64,000 bases of DNA from an uncultured Gemmataceae bacterium. GTDB taxonomy: Bacteria; Planctomycetota; Planctomycetia; Gemmatales; Gemmataceae. The stretch's first letter is position 1. Every line of letters starts with the position of its first letter. Position numbers and translations under genes: made by a program. Location: assembly GCA_963750165.1 (NCBI GenBank), contig CAVVPN010000011.1, positions 1,504,001 to 1,568,000 on the forward strand, read 5' to 3'. The notes below the pieces were generated by a model. The model had not been told where the DNA came from, did not search any database, and worked only from the letters and a program-made list of their open reading frames with translations. Positions 62,686-64,000 of this stretch are shown one piece after another.

Positions 62686-63140
62686 TACCCGCAGGCATGC
62701 CGCACCATCGCTTGTTTCTCCGTGCAGCGGAACCCGGCGGCCTCGAACGCGGCAACAATCTCATCCCGGTGGGCGGGGTCCAGTTGGAGGAATGGCCCGT
62801 CGTGTACCGAGGATTCGACGGTGGCGTGCGGGATGGTCTTCGGCACCCACCTCGCCATGTCCCCGGCCGGCCAGGCGGGCCAGAGCCCGTCGCAGTAGCC
62901 GCCAAGCTGGCCGGAGTCGAAGGGGGCGTCCTTGCGGGGCGGCCTGTCCACCATGTCCAGCACCTCTTCCCAGGCGTCCCGCGGCAGTGCCTTGTGCAGT
63001 TCGCCCCAGGTTTTTGCCGTCGCCAGGGCTTCGTGGATCGCGAACAGTTTCGTGGCCTGCTTGCGCGGCAGGAACACCAGCGAATCGTCCACCACCCCGA
63101 ACACTAGGTCGCGCCGGTCGTCGTCGCTGAGTTCGGACAT
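62682..63140 (-). CDS. Hypothetical protein
   Basis: AAAGGGG RBS + ATG at 63140; TWGEL, DGLWPAWP, VHDGPFL motifs. Confidence 0.7.
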   Translation of the reverse strand: MSELSDDDRRDLVFGVVDDSLVFLPRKQATKLFAIHEALATAKTWGELHKALPRDAWEEVLDMVDRPPRKDAPFDSGQLGGYCDGLWPAWPAGDMARWVPKTIPHATVESSVHDGPFLQLDPAHRDEIVAAFEAAGFRCTEKQAMVRHACGY

Positions 63141-63178
63141 CGGTTCCCCTTTCGCTACCGGGCCGCGCGAGTGAAAAA

Positions 63179-64000
63179 CTACCCCCCGCCTTTGGCTGCC
63201 GGCACCGGGTAGACCTTCAGCACCTCGTCGCCGAAATGGTTGATGACCTTCACCGCGATCTTGCCCGTCTTCGGCGGGTCGAACGGCTGGCTCGTCGCGC
63301 TGTACAGCTTCGACCACTCGCCCTCGTCGATCTCCGCCCGCAGCGCCTTCTTCAGCTTGTCATAGGGGCCTTCGGTGTCCTTGCCGCCGTACAGGAAGTA
63401 GGCGTGCCGCACGAAAAAGCTCTGGCCGTCGTAGTCCGTGTCGATGAACCAGCACGCGATGTCGTCGGTGTCGCCGGTGCGCACCGCCCCCGTGCTGGGG
63501 TCGAACACGTCCACGCCGCGGATCGTGACCGTCACCTTGCCGCCCTTCGTCGTCGTCAGTTTCAGGTCCGGCTCGCCGAACACGGTGAACAGGTTGCCGG
63601 CCCCGGTCTTCTTCAGCAGTTCGTCGCCCATCGCCAGGTCCGGGTTCATCCGCACCGGCAGCACGGCCAGCTTGCCGAGTTTGATCTCCTTCGTGAGTTC
63701 CGCGGTCTGCTCGTGGACACTCGCCTCGAACGCGAACGCGCAGCACGAGCAGCAGGTCGCACTTGCTGCCCTTGATCGCCTCCAGCGCCGCCTTCTTGAT
63801 GTCCGCGTCGCCGAGCGTGCCGAACTCCGGGCCGACGCACACGCGGACGGCCGCCCCGGTGTCGGTTTCGCCCTCGGCGTGAATGTGCTCGCCGGGGAAG
63901 TTGTCGAGCCGGGTGAAGGTGATCCGCTGCTTCTTGTCCGTCCCCTTCACGCCGGCTTTGCGGAGGTTGTCGAGGATCATCGGCCCGAAGTTCGCGGTCG
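63179..64000 (-). CDS. C-terminal part of a site-specific DNA methyltransferase (type III R-M Mod-like); frameshift near 63740
   Basis: ILDNLRKAGV, VGPEFGT, RMNPDL, GAGNLFTVFGEPD, WFIDTDYDGQSFFVRHAYF, IAVKVINHFGDEVLKVY. Catalytic motifs lie outside the window. Confidence 0.8.

Noticed and set aside
48000..62700. Complete prophage or conjugative element
   Set aside because: No capsid, portal, large terminase, tail, relaxase or T4SS genes are recognisable in the window.
62480..63107. C-terminal extension of ORF 60243-63107
   Set aside because: Non-protein-like read-through after a deletion; it overlaps a better minus-strand gene.

Overview
High-GC window that looks planctomycetal (Gemmataceae-like, inferred from LEPR-XLL, PEP-CTERM, ECF/kinase and DUF1580 genes). 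Many single-base frameshifts sit in G/C runs and are probably long-read errors. Layout: (1) 1-19.6 kb is the 5' part of a giant (>6500 aa) minus-strand secreted adhesin-like protein. It has an apparently metal-dead Zn-phospholipase C-like domain, FG-GAP repeats and long Gly/Ala/Val-rich beta-repeats. (2) 19.8-27.6 kb holds a PEP-CTERM gene, an ECF sigma factor + Ser/Thr kinase-WD40-TPR pair, an inverted and internally deleted copy of that pair's junction, and infC with an ATT start. (3) ~27.6-56.7 kb is an integrated satellite-like element next to a tRNA-Lys(CTT) fragment: tyrosine integrase, DUF1580/HTH genes, GHKL-Toprim gene, primase/helicase, iteron-palindrome origin candidate and a TerS-like HTH. 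Its cargo is a class I DISARM locus (drmD-drmMI-drmA-drmB-drmC). A three-gene TIGR04255-like / helical protein / PIN-nuclease cassette is nested inside that operon and is the best candidate for an undescribed system. (4) 56.8-64 kb is part of a second, related and partly decayed element (DUF4145/HEPN, HTHs, truncated Toprim primase-helicase), followed by the 3' end of a type III R-M Mod-like methyltransferase. All family assignments come from motif recognition by eye; no searches were run.
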